DNA from: Fibrobacteria bacterium
GTDB taxonomy: Bacteria > Fibrobacterota > Fibrobacteria > UBA11236
Assembly: GCA_041746255.1 (NCBI GenBank)
Contig: JBGTHM010000100.1
Span: 120,912 to 184,911, forward strand
Length of the DNA stretch: 64,000 nucleotides
Reading direction: 5' to 3'
A program made the position numbers and the translations under genes. This document shows, piece after piece, positions 19,547-31,600 of this stretch. Numbering within the stretch: the stretch's first letter is position 1; the number at the start of each line of letters is the position of its first letter. Under the pieces are notes generated by a model. It ran no database searches. It was not told where the DNA came from and saw nothing but the letters and a program-made list of their open reading frames with translations.

Positions 19547-22074
19547 CCCTTGGGCTTGACTACGAAATTGACCAGTTTATCTTTCACGCGAATCACCCGG
19601 ATAATGTCCTGGTTTTCCAGATAGGTCGCGAATTTGGCGTCGCTGCGCGCCATTTTTTCCAACTCGTCTTCGGGAGTATCCTTGGCTACTTCCAGACGCG
19701 CCCTCACCTTACCATTGGCTTGTAGCACGACCGTTACGGTATCCTCTACGATAAGAGCCGGATCGAATTCGGGCCAGGGCTCGTATGCCAGCGATTCGGA
19801 ATGACCCAAACGTTCCCAGATTTCCTCGGCGATATGCGGAGCGTAGGGTGCGGTCAAAAGCACCAGAGTCTCCGCGGCTTCGCGATGACAAACCGGACGA
19901 TCGTAAGCGGCGGTCAATTCGTTGCAAAGAATCATCAAGGCCGAAATTCCGGTATTGAAGCGCAGCCCTTCAATGTCGTCGCCCACCTTGGCGATGGTGC
20001 GGTGCAATGCCCGACGTACGTTCTCCGGAGGCGTCGCTTCCAGAATTTCGACTTCGTTTCTATCATCGCCTACCGTAAGGCGCCAGACCTTGTTGAGAAA
20101 ACGCCATAAACCTTCGATTCCCGCCGTCTGCCAAGGCTTCATACGTTCCAGCGGCCCCATGAACATTTCGTATAACCGCAGCGAGTCGGCGCCGTATTCC
20201 TTGACCACGTCGTCGGGGTTGACCACGTTGCCGCGTGACTTCGACATTTTCTCGCCGTCTTCGCCCAGAATCAAACCCTGATTCACCAGCTTGTGAAAAG
20301 GCTCCCGCGTAGAGACGTATCCCAAATCGAAAAGCACCTTATGCCAAAAGCGCGCATAAAGCAGGTGCAGCACCGCATGCTCGGCGCCTCCGATATACAG
20401 GTCCACCGACATCCAATGCTTTTCGGCATCGGAGGTAAACGGCGCCTCATCACTTTCCGGGCTCAGGTAACGCAGGTAATACCAGCTCGACCCCGCCCAT
20501 TGCGGCATGGTATTCAATTCTCGGGTTCCCTTGATACCATCCTTGCCTTTATAGGTCGCCCATTCCCTGGCTTTGGCCAGAGGCGGTTCGAAAGTTCCCG
20601 TGGGGCGATAGTCTTCCAACGCGGGAAGCTCCACCGGAAGCTCCTCGTCAGGAACCGCCACCGGGCCTGTGTCGGTATGTACGATGGGAAAAGGCTCCCC
20701 CCAATACCGTTGCCGGGAGAAAAGCCAATCGCGCAGACGGTATTGCACTTTGGCCCTGCCTCGGTGTTTTTCCTCCAGCCAGGCGATGATTTGCTCCTTG
20801 GCGGTTTCCACATCGAGTCCGTTCAGAAAACCGGAATTCACCAAGACTCCGTCGCCGGTATAGGCCTCGGTGGAAATATCCCCTCCGCTGATGACCTCGA
20901 CGATGGGGAGGTCGAACTTTTTCGCGAAGGCATAATCCCTTTCGTCATGAGCCGGCACGGCCATGATGGCCCCGGTGCCGTAGCCCATCATCACATAATC
21001 GGCGGTGTATATGGGTATCTCGGCTCCGTTGACCGGATTGATGGCATAGGCTCCGGTAAACACGCCGGTTTTGTCCTTTTCCATGCCCCGTTCCAAATCC
21101 GATTTTCCGGCCGCCTGACGCTTATAGGCCTCCACCGCATTTTCCTGCGCGGGGGTGGTTATCGTGTCCAAGTAAGGGTGTTCGGGAGCCATGACCATAT
21201 AGGTGGCGCCGAAAAGGGTGTCGGGTCGAGTCGTGAATATTTCGAGGCGGCTTTTACGGCCTTTGATATCGAAGCTCACTTCGGCTCCCTGGGAGCGTCC
21301 AATCCAATTCTTCTGCATCATCTTGATGGAGTCGGACCAATCCAATCCCTGTAAATCGTCGATGAGGCGCTCCGCATAAGCGGTGATGCGCAAAACCCAT
21401 TGCCGCATGGGCTTGCGTTCGCAGGGGAAATCGCCGCGCTCGGACTTTCCGTCGATAACCTCCTCATTGGCTAACACCGTACCCAGTTCGGGACACCACC
21501 ACACGGCGATTTCGTCCATATAGGCTAAGCGGTGCAAATCGAGGAAGGCCTGTATCTGGTGGTTATCGCCACGGATTTCGTGTGGAATAACCAATTCGGA
21601 AATGGGCCTCGCCTTGTTGGCTTTGGTGTCGTACCAGCTCTCGAACAGCTTTTTGAAAATCCATTGCGTCCACCGGAAATACTTGGGATCGCTGGTATTG
21701 ATTTCGCGGTCCCAGTCATAGGAAAAACCCAGCGATTGGATTTGCCTCCGGAAGTTGTTGATGTTCTCTTCGGTGGTAATGCGCGGATGCGTACCGGTTT
21801 TAATGGCATGCTGTTCGGCTGGAAGCCCGAAAGCGTCCCACCCAATCGGGTGCAGCACATTGAAGCCCCGCATGCGCTTATAACGGCAAACGATATCCGT
21901 GGCCGTATACCCTTCGGGATGCCCCACGTGCAATCCATTGCTGGAAGGATAGGGAAACATATCCAGGCAGTAGAATTTCGGCTGGTCCGCTACCCTCTCG
22001 GTTTTGAAGGTCTTCTTTGAGACCCAATGATTTTGCCATTTCGGTTCGATGGCATGGGGATTGTATTTCGGCAA
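19543..22074 (-). CDS. leuS: Leucine--tRNA ligase
   Basis: [28 protein letters not shown] editing domain, SRQRYWG, KMSKS. Start TTG 22074 has an AAGAGG RBS. Confidence 0.97.
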   Translation of the reverse strand: MPKYNPHAIEPKWQNHWVSKKTFKTERVADQPKFYCLDMFPYPSSNGLHVGHPEGYTATDIVCRYKRMRGFNVLHPIGWDAFGLPAEQHAIKTGTHPRITTEENINNFRRQIQSLGFSYDWDREINTSDPKYFRWTQWIFKKLFESWYDTKANKARPISELVIPHEIRGDNHQIQAFLDLHRLAYMDEIAVWWCPELGTVLANEEVIDGKSERGDFPCERKPMRQWVLRITAYAERLIDDLQGLDWSDSIKMMQKNWIGRSQGAEVSFDIKGRKSRLEIFTTRPDTLFGATYMVMAPEHPYLDTITTPAQENAVEAYKRQAAGKSDLERGMEKDKTGVFTGAYAINPVNGAEIPIYTADYVMMGYGTGAIMAVPAHDERDYAFAKKFDLPIVEVISGGDISTEAYTGDGVLVNSGFLNGLDVETAKEQIIAWLEEKHRGRAKVQYRLRDWLFSRQRYWGEPFPIVHTDTGPVAVPDEELPVELPALEDYRPTGTFEPPLAKAREWATYKGKDGIKGTRELNTMPQWAGSSWYYLRYLSPESDEAPFTSDAEKHWMSVDLYIGGAEHAVLHLLYARFWHKVLFDLGYVSTREPFHKLVNQGLILGEDGEKMSKSRGNVVNPDDVVKEYGADSLRLYEMFMGPLERMKPWQTAGIEGLWRFLNKVWRLTVGDDRNEVEILEATPPENVRRALHRTIAKVGDDIEGLRFNTGISALMILCNELTAAYDRPVCHREAAETLVLLTAPYAPHIAEEIWERLGHSESLAYEPWPEFDPALIVEDTVTVVLQANGKVRARLEVAKDTPEDELEKMARSDAKFATYLENQDIIRVIRVKDKLVNFVVKPKG

Positions 22075-22212
22075 TGTAAAACCTCTTGGAATGACCGGGG
22101 AAAATAGCAAATCCAGGCGAAACTGGCCTTGTGGACTAGTATGACGCTATGCGGCGATTTATCCAATTTTAGGGAGCAATTCCGGGGAAACCCGTGGCTC
22201 GAAAGGACATCA

Positions 22213-23190
22213 ATGCGATATCGGGAATTAGGTAAAACGGGTGTGCGGCTATCGGAAATCGGGTTTGGAGGCTGGGCCATCGGGGGTTCCTGGGGGCCGC
22301 AAAAAGAAGAGGATTCGCTGGCGGCCCTGAATCGCGCCGCGGAATCGGGAGTGGATTTTATCGACACCGCAGCCGGTTACGGCGACGGGAACAGCGAACG
22401 AATCATCGGAGCTTATTGCAAACAATCCCCCAAAAAGTTTTTCGTAGCGACCAAAATTCCTCCAGTCGCCGGTAGCTGGCCGCCTTCCCCTTATGACGCC
22501 ATCGAAACTTCCTACCCCGCCGCCTATATACGCAAAAGCCTAAAGCAGCGGATGGAAAACCTGCAAACGGATTGTATCGACCTTATCCAGTTCCACACGT
22601 GGACTCGCGCCTGGAACCGTAAGCCCTCAGCTCTGGATGTACTACGCGAGCTAAGGGACGAAGGCAAGATTCGCTATATCGGCATGTCGACGCCGGAGCA
22701 TGACCAGAATTGCCTGATCGATTTAATGCGCAACGGCTACTTGGACGTCGTGCAAATCATATACAACATCTTCGAGCAAGATCTGGCCGCCGAGTTTCTG
22801 GATACTGCGGCCGAAAACGGGGTCGGAGTCATCGTGCGCGCGCCCTTCGAAGAAGGGGCTTTGACGGGAAAATATACGGTGGAAACACGCTTCGCTGACG
22901 ACGATTTTCGCAAGGGTTACTTCCTGGGAGACCGGCTCCCCCGCACGGTTCGGCGCGCGAACCTTATCGCCGAAGAATTAAAGGGAAGCGGGTATACCCT
23001 ACCCCAGGCGGCGCTGAAATTCTGCCTGGCCCACCCGGCTGTCTCTACGGTGATACCGGGTATGCGCAATGCCGTTCAGGCGGAAGCCAATTGCCGGGTT
23101 TCGGATATGCCGGATATGCCGCGGGAATTGTTGCTAAGGCTGAGAAAGCACCAATGGCGACGCTCGATTTGGTATCCCGGGAATGAATAG
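22213..23190 (+). CDS. Aldo/keto reductase
   Basis: MRYRELGKTG..SEIGFGGW, DTAAGYG, ATK, IDLIQFH, YNIFEQ, VIPGMR. GAAAGGA RBS before ATG 22213. Confidence 0.93.
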   Translation: MRYRELGKTGVRLSEIGFGGWAIGGSWGPQKEEDSLAALNRAAESGVDFIDTAAGYGDGNSERIIGAYCKQSPKKFFVATKIPPVAGSWPPSPYDAIETSYPAAYIRKSLKQRMENLQTDCIDLIQFHTWTRAWNRKPSALDVLRELRDEGKIRYIGMSTPEHDQNCLIDLMRNGYLDVVQIIYNIFEQDLAAEFLDTAAENGVGVIVRAPFEEGALTGKYTVETRFADDDFRKGYFLGDRLPRTVRRANLIAEELKGSGYTLPQAALKFCLAHPAVSTVIPGMRNAVQAEANCRVSDMPDMPRELLLRLRKHQWRRSIWYPGNE

Positions 23191-23292
23191 CCGCCTTATC
23201 GCGACAGAAAAGCTCCTGAACTGAAAGTTCCGGCATGGAGATCCGATCCCGAGGCGGTTAGGGCAAGGACAAATCGTCCATACGACCAGTTC

Positions 23293-25083
23293 TCAAGGGG
23301 GAAGAGGCGCTGGCAGCAGGTCTCCCACCACATTGCCGGAAAAAACCACGTCGCTTTGCTCCAAAGTTCCGCCCAGATTCCGGATTCCCAACCCTGCGCT
23401 TTGGCTGATGACGCTGTTGCTGATGGAGAAGCGGGCACCTATGCTCATTTCCACGTTGGCCTTGCGGTTGGCGCCGTCAAAACCGGCACTGCCGCCGCCG
23501 GATATGACCGTAAACGCGAAGTTGTTGTTCGTGCTGTTGGACTCGAATCTGAATCCTTTCCAGATCCCCGTGCCGCCTTCGGCACCCCGAAAATAAATTG
23601 AATCCGCCGCCATCCCTTCGGCCCGAAACGATCCACCAGAAACGATGGTCACACCGGCGTTCTGCTCCGCTTCGAAGCGGGCTCCGGGGAGAACCGTGAT
23701 ATTGCCTTCCACTTTGATGTCCGCTCCCACCAGACGGTATGGGACATTGAGCGCCTTCCATACATGATTGCCCTTCACCTCCCGTTGAAACCCCAGATAG
23801 GCGTCGCCGACATAGCCCTGGGTATTGCCGGAATAATCAGAGGCGGTGTCCAAATAAGAGAAGTGCTGCGCCATCACATGCACTCCGGCTCCCAGGTTTC
23901 CCTTGAAGTCGTTGGTGGAAAAACCTTCCAAGGAGCAATTCTCCCAATACGTCCAGACACCGTGTTTGGCGCTTTTGTTCACCTGGCTGTGAGTGATTTT
24001 AACCCGACCCCCATTATCCAGAAAAAGATTGGCGCGCCTGTTGGCATCCCCATCGAAACTTTTACTACCGCCATGGGAGAGACGCACATGGGTCAATTCA
24101 TTGGATGGGCTGTTGGAGAGGACTTTGATGCCTCTCCAGTATCCGGCAACGTCTTCCTTGCCGGAAAACTCGATAGGCTTTTCCGCGGTTCCCACCGCCT
24201 TCAGAAAGCCGCTGCTAGCCACCTCCAGACCCGCGTCTTGGACGGCTAGAAAGCGGGCTCCGGGAAGAATGGTCAATTGACCTTTGATGACATGACTTCC
24301 CTTCAACTCATAAGGCACATCAAGGCCCACAACGGAATAGACTCCGGTGATATCATCGTCAAAACCCTGGAAAAAGTTTTCGATGTAACTCTTTCCATTG
24401 CCGGTATATGCCGACGCGGTATCGAGATAAGCGAAATGGCGCACGCGCAGACTGATGGGGGCGCCGGTATTTGCGGCGAAAACGTTGTTGGAAAAGTCGG
24501 CAAGAACAGCCTCCGATCCCGAAACCAGCAAACCCAAGTCGCCGCTACGCGTGGAGCGGCTTTGGGACATTTTCAATCGCCCTCCTCCCGCAAGGGTTAT
24601 GTTGGCTTTATACCCGTGCCCGGTAAAGCCGTCGCTTCCGCCGTTTTCCACCACCACATGAGCGAACATATTGGAATTGCTGTTGCTCTCGATATTCACG
24701 CCTTTCCAATACCCCTGGGTATTTTCCTTCCCACGCATGATAATCAATGCGGTGTCCAGTCCCATGGCGGTGAGTGATCCGCCGATTTTCACCAAAATGC
24801 CCTTGCCGGCATCCACCTCGATGAGAACGCCCGGCTCCACCGTCACCTTAGCCAGAATGTTCAAATCGGCGGTCACGCGATAATCCGCCTTCCCGCTATC
24901 GGCGAATTTATTTTTGAGAACCACTTCCGCTTTGATATCGCCTTTGAGCGTATCGGGTCCCGAGCCTGTGGCAACGGGATTTCCACTCCCCTCGGGGTCG
25001 TCTTCAGGGGAATTGAAACACCCTGTAAACATCACCGAAGACAGACCCAAAAGGACCAGAGTTTTCGTAAAATTCATAATCAT
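23293..25083 (-). CDS. Lipoprotein with three tandem right-handed beta-helix-like repeats
   Basis: Lipobox MFTG-C; three repeats of T..PG.....G..V..GG/SG...A.G.....I...G.E...G.W.G....SNS..N......GGS..F.G....AN. AAGGAG RBS. Confidence 0.8.
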   Translation of the reverse strand: MIMNFTKTLVLLGLSSVMFTGCFNSPEDDPEGSGNPVATGSGPDTLKGDIKAEVVLKNKFADSGKADYRVTADLNILAKVTVEPGVLIEVDAGKGILVKIGGSLTAMGLDTALIIMRGKENTQGYWKGVNIESNSNSNMFAHVVVENGGSDGFTGHGYKANITLAGGGRLKMSQSRSTRSGDLGLLVSGSEAVLADFSNNVFAANTGAPISLRVRHFAYLDTASAYTGNGKSYIENFFQGFDDDITGVYSVVGLDVPYELKGSHVIKGQLTILPGARFLAVQDAGLEVASSGFLKAVGTAEKPIEFSGKEDVAGYWRGIKVLSNSPSNELTHVRLSHGGSKSFDGDANRRANLFLDNGGRVKITHSQVNKSAKHGVWTYWENCSLEGFSTNDFKGNLGAGVHVMAQHFSYLDTASDYSGNTQGYVGDAYLGFQREVKGNHVWKALNVPYRLVGADIKVEGNITVLPGARFEAEQNAGVTIVSGGSFRAEGMAADSIYFRGAEGGTGIWKGFRFESNSTNNNFAFTVISGGGSAGFDGANRKANVEMSIGARFSISNSVISQSAGLGIRNLGGTLEQSDVVFSGNVVGDLLPAPLPP

Positions 25084-25647
25084 TACTCCTTGGAGTCCGA
25101 CCCGGATACACTTTACGATTAGCCGGATTGCAACAAATTAGATTGACCGGATGACATTCAGACGGCACCGTTTAATGATAATAAGAACCGGAATATTTGG
25201 ACATGGACTCGGTCGGGAACCGGCAAAACTTTTTTGCATAATTGTTACCACCCATTGACTTGATGCATCGAAGGAAGAATGGAGCCGATTAAGAATATTA
25301 TCAGGCGATTTTTCCTCCTGCCGAAATGGGATACAGTATAGGTACGCCTTTGGTAATATGGAATCTCGGAAAAATACCGGTGCGGAGATTTTCCTAACCC
25401 CACCGGGTCCTCGAGTTGGCTTCAGTGGCCCCCAGTCCACCCCTCGAAACCTCAATTTCCCAATTTTCTAATGGGTCGGAATCCCGCACCCCGTGCCGCC
25501 AGGCTGTACAATTGTTGAGTTAATTGAAGAAGAATAGGGCTAGAAAGTTGCTCTCCATATGAGGAGAAATTGAAGCTACGATCGGGTTGTATTTGAACTC
25601 CATACAGCGACCGTGAAGGTCTCTCTTTAGGGGTATTGGAATTCCAT

Positions 25648-28600
25648 ATGTGCGTTGGATTAGGCCGAATACTTCTATTGCGATTTTTACTTCCGCTGGT
25701 TGCCCTCTCGCAACCGGTTATCGCGCAAGTGGGGGCGCCTACCGACGTTTCGGCGGCCGCCGGCAATGCCCAGGTGAAGGTATCCTGGAAAACAGGAAGT
25801 CCTATATCCCAGACAAGCGAGTTCATTCTCTATTACGCTCCCGGAAATGTCACCATCAATGAATCCACTCTGGCATCAATTACCGGCCTGGAGCAGGTAA
25901 CCGCAATACCCCGAGACGCGGATGAGAGCCAGGAAAAAATCGTAACCAATTTAACAAACGGAGAGATATACTCCTTTGCGGTACGCGCGAACGCGAACAC
26001 CAATCAAAACTTCAAATTCAGTGAAACCGTGACGGCCACCCCCAATACACCGCCCGCCATCACCTCCGGACCGGCCCATGCCTCCGTCATCGAACCCGCA
26101 AAGGCCACCTTTTCCGTTACGGCTACCGGCAGCCCGACCCTTGCCTACCAATGGTACAAGAACAACGCGGTAATTTCGGGTGCCAACTCTTCATCGTATA
26201 CGACTCCCGCCACCACCCTTTCCGATGGCGGTACCCAGTTTTCCGTAGTGGTCAGCAACGGCATCGGCCGGGATTCGAGCACAGCGGCGACCTTGACGGT
26301 AAGTAAATTCAACAATCCGCCCAAGGCCGATGCAGGGCCGGACCAATCGATTACCCTGCCCTCTAAAGCCAATCTCGACGGGTCCGCATCCACGGATCAA
26401 GAAGGCGATACCTTGACCTATGCGTGGTCCAAAGCCGGAGGACCCGGCACGGTAACCTTCGGAACAGCCGGCTCAGCCAAGACCACGGCGGACTTCTCCT
26501 TGGACGGGTCCTACAGCCTGCGCCTGGTGGTCAGCGACGGAGCGAAACAGGACACCGATTTGGTAACAGTCACCGTTAAACCGGCGCCAGTACCGCCCGC
26601 CAAGCCGACTGCCAGTCCGGGCGGAGGGATCTACACCGAGGCCCTCAACGTCACGCTATCCTCTCCGGAAGCCGGTTTGGAAATTCGCTATTCCACGGGG
26701 CAGACTAATCCCACCCCCACCTCGGGGCAAATCTACTCCGGCCCTATTTCTCTGGCATCGTCCGCGACCATCAGGGCCATCACCATAAGGGAGGGCATTG
26801 CCAGCGACGCGTTGATTCTGGAATATGCCATCAACATCTCCACCAACACCCCCCCCACCGTATCCCTTACTTCGCCCAGCGATGGAGATACTTCTTTTCT
26901 GGCCCCTGCGAGTATCACCCTGACCGCCTCGGCAAGCGATTTGGACGGTTCCATCACGGCGGTGGTTTTCCGCCAGGGTGCGACCCTTCTCGCCACCGTG
27001 CAAGCCCCCAATGCTTTCACTTATGCCTGGAAAAGCGTGGGTGCGGGAACCTACTCCTTGACTGCCGAGGCAACCGACGATAAGGGCGCCAAGACCATTT
27101 CCTCGCCCATAACGGTTACCGTGAAACAACCCCCGAATGCACCTCCGGTGGTTTCCATTTCGCAGCCCCACAACGGGGCGACTTTTTCGACCGACGCGGC
27201 GGTAAAGGTGATAGCGAAGGCAGCGGATGACGGTGGAATTGAAAAAGTCGACTTCTATGTCGATAACCGATACACGTCAACCCAACGTGTCGCACCTTAC
27301 ACTTTTTTTCCGAAAACCAGCATTGCCGGGACTTTTTCCCTCAAGGCCCGAGCCTTCGACAATTCCGGTCTTTCCGTTTATTCCGAACCCATTTCCATTC
27401 AAGTTATCAAGCCCAACCAACCTCCCGTCATTTCCTGGTCGGCTCCGGCGGAAGGAGCCTCCTTCATCTCGCCCGCAACCATCGATATCAGCGTCGGCGC
27501 AATCGACAATGACGGCGCCATCTCCAAGGTTCGGTTTTTTCAAAACGACAAAATACTGGGAGATGTGAATGCCCCGCAATCGGGCAATATTTTCACCTAT
27601 TCGTGGTCCAATGTATCGGCCGGGTCCTATACCCTCAAGGCGGTGGCTTATGATAACGAGGGCGATTCGGCCGTCACGGCGCCCCCCCGCTCGATCACAG
27701 TGAACTCTCCCGGCAACAAATCCCCTACCGTCGCCATCGCCAAACCGCTCAACAACACCAAATTCGTCGCACCCGGTCAAATTACTTTGGAAGCATCTGC
27801 TTCGGATCCCGATGGAACCGTCAACACCGTCCGTTATTTTTATGGCGGCACCAATCAAATAGGACAATCATCTGGCTCTCCATTCAGCGTAAGTTGGCCC
27901 CAGGTTTCCGCCGGCACTTACACCCTTACCGCACGCGCAACCGACAACGGCGGAAACAGCACCCTTTCATCTCCCCTCAGTATTTCGGTCACTCTTCCAC
28001 CGCCTGCCGGCATCGAGGCGTCTCCTGGTAATGCCTCCGCTACCCTCAGATGGAATACGGTGACAGGAGCTACGAGTTATAACCTCGCCTACAACCCGGG
28101 AGCATCGGTGGGCGCCTCCCCCATCGTACTTCCCACCGCCGGCGATACCTCTTATACGGTAAACAACCTGGCCAACGGCCAACAATATGCCTTTCATGTG
28201 ACTACCGAGGGCCCGGGAGGAACATCTCCACCGAGTGTCGTGGTCACGGCAACGCCAAATCCCCATTCGCCGCCCGCGCAGCCGGGAAACCTAGTCGCTA
28301 CGGCGCAGGATGGCAGCGTGCATCTTACGTGGAACGCATCCGGAGGAGCCGACCATTACAATGTGTATTACGCGCAGGGAAATACCGTCGACCGGAATAC
28401 GCTCACGAAACTAACCGGCATCAATGTCACCTCGGCGACAATCGAGGGCCTAATCAATGAAAACCTATATGCGTTTTCGGTCGCGGCGAATAACACGATT
28501 GGTGAATCCCCTCTCAGTACCATCAAAACCGCCATGCCCGCAGGCTCTCCACCTATAATAAGCGCCATATCCCCGGCCACAGCCACCATCAGGGTGGGAG

Positions 28601-31600
28601 AGCCGCATAAAATCACGGTGACTGTTTCAGAAGGAACATCTCCCTTGAATTTTGCCTGGACGCGCAATGGAAGTGTTATTTCGGGTGCGACGGATAATGT
28701 CATTTCCTTGCCGGACCCGCAATTGGAGGATGCGGGAAATTATAGTGTCACCGTAAGCAATGCCCTAGGCGAAACGAAAGCTTCCTCCCACCTGATTGTG
28801 AATCAACGCAAGGTGGCTATTCCCCACGCCACGCCGACCGGACAAGCCTATACCCAGCCTCTGACGGTGGGATTGCATTCCAATACCCCTCAAACTGTAA
28901 TACGGTACACCTTGAACGGGTCGGAGCCCGATGAGCAAAGCAAGATTTACGATTCCGCAGCGAAAATAATTTTCGACCGGCAATCGGTAACCCTCAAAGT
29001 GAAGGGGTTCAGGGCTGGATACATTTCCAGCAATCTTCGCGTCGAAACCTATTCCTATATCGAATCCGGCCGGGTCGTGACCCCCAAAGCCGAACCTTTC
29101 GACTCCACTTTCACCGGTAGCGGGGCAATCACCTTGTCCACACTCACTTCGGGAGCCGATATCCATTACACTACCGATGGTTCCATTCCGACTACCGCTT
29201 CACCGAAATATGCAACCGCTTTGCAAATCAATCGGACTGCTACCGTAAAGGCCATTGCCGTCAAATCCGGTATGCAGCCATCACCCATGTTGGAGAAAAC
29301 CTACACGATCATAGCCCGCTCGGAGGCCGCCCTGAAACCCGAAGCGGATCCGACCGGCCGAAATTTCAACGAATCCATCGTCGTCAGGCTCTCAACCGAA
29401 TCCCCGGGATCGCAAATACTGTATGCCTTGAATGACTCCGTGGCCGAAAGCGGGACCTGGCCGGTCTATTCCGTGCCGCTAACCCTTAAGAGCACTACCT
29501 TGCTGCGCGCAAAAACAAGGAAGTCCGGCTTGCTCGATAGTGACATCCTGGAGGAGGAATACGTTCAACTTCCCACCACCCCCACTTCGCTCCCGCGCGG
29601 AGATTCCGTATTTTCCGGGTTCATTTCCGTGGAGCTGCAAGCCACTCCGGTGGGAGCCGCCATCTATTACACCTTGGACGGATCCAACCCCTTGGGCTCT
29701 AACCGGCAACCCTCGTCCACAAGCGAGCGATACAGGCATGGCTTTCCCATTTTGATAACCTCATCCCGTTCGCTGAATGCCGTGGCATTTTTGAATGGAC
29801 ATGCGAGCAAAGACATCCTCACCAATTTTTATCTCAAAGACGGGGAACCATTACCCTCTCCCTCCGCCAACCCCTCGGCGACCCCCTTTAGTGACACGTT
29901 ATCCATTCTGCTGCGAGGACCGTCCGGTTCCGCTATCCACTATACCCTTAACGGAAGCATCCCCAACTCTTCCAGTCCCAAATACCTGGGTATACCCCTC
30001 GTCATAACCGGTTCCGCTACCTTGCAGGCCATTACCGTAAAAGGCGGTTTCCCCAATTCCAAAATAATGGTCGAACGATACGTATTCGTTCCCGCCGACC
30101 TGGTGGCGAATCCCACCGGCGGAAATTATGTAACGGGAGTTACCGTGAATTTATCTTCCCCTACCTCCGGCGCGAAAATATTCTATACCACCGACGGTCG
30201 TTCACCCTTGTCTACCTCGGCGATACCCTATGATTTTGCCAAGGGAATCAAATTGACGGCCAACGCAACGATCAAAGCTTATGCCGCCCTTGGTGGAGAG
30301 GCCGGCAAGGTGCTTACCGAAACCTATACCATCACCCCTGCCGGAGACACCCTCCTCTTTCCCGGAGAAACCTACTTTCTACCGGGAAATTATGCCGTCT
30401 CCAACCCGTTGGATTCCAGGGATCCGGTCCTTGCAAAGCTGCTGTCAGGCGAAAGCGTGGATATCAACGGGTTCTCCGATAAACGCTTCGGACTGAACTT
30501 GACCGCCAGCGCCTCCGATGTGTCCTTTCCACGACTCGATTTCCGGGGGCCCCCTGGCGGAAAACACCTGCTGTATCGGCACAACGAAGACGGCCGGGTT
30601 CATTTCATCTCCCGCGGGGATGACGGGGTCATTTCTGAGGCTGGCTTACACGTATTGGCGGTTGACGACGTAGCGCCCAAGCTCGTCCTCTTAGAACAGA
30701 AGTTTGACGGCTCAGACTCCACTCTCGTTCGCTTGCGATTTATCGATAATGTCGCTAACCTGAGCTTTGATTTCAAGCGCAATGACGACACCCTCGCCTC
30801 CCACAAAGGATGGTCGATTCTTGATGATGACGTAGTGGAATTCAAAGTCAAGCATGCCGATGGAACACTCAAACCTTTGCTCATACAGGTTATTGCCAAT
30901 GATTCACGCCACCGCGGTTACTTTCCCAAAACCCCCGCGACGCGTTTTGGGGTTTCTCAAAAATTACGGAATGTTAAAAGTCCGAAGGTGGTGAAGCTCG
31001 CCAGTCCCAATGCGGCCTCTAGTTGGGATCTGGTTGGTTTCCCCTTCGCTTCCGCATCGAAGATGTCTTCCTCATGGCTGCAATCACACCATAACGGTAT
31101 CCGCTTCACCGCGGCGGAGAATGAGACCCATCTGGGTCCCGACGAATCGTTGCAATCGGGACGGGGATATTGGATGAACGCTTCCAAAGGCCTCGAAAAC
31201 TTCTCTTTCAAAACCCTGGAGACTCTCCCTTTCGTTACCGACAGTCTCACGGTCACACTTTCACCCGGGTGGAATCAGGTATCGAACCCTTACATGAACA
31301 CCTTGCATTGGCCGCATTCCCGCCAATTTCCGGACGCGTATGGAGTATCACTCATCAAAGGGCTTTACCATTGGAGTCCGACTTCGGCGGCCTACGCGCA
31401 TTCCGATTCCTTGGAGCCCTGGCGAGGTTATTTCGTCTACAGCAACTCCACTCGCGATTCCATCGTGAAACTGCTTCCCCGACCAGCGGAACCGCCCCTT
31501 GTTCTGAGAAAGCAAACCGGTGCCGAAGGACTGGATATATGGTTGCAACTCCAAGAGCAGGCGCCTCTCTGGCTGGGCGCCTCCGCTTCGGCGGATAATG

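Noticed and set aside
22075..22212. T-box or leader regulation upstream of leuS
   Set aside because: The divergent gap is only ~140 bp and no T-box consensus is seen.
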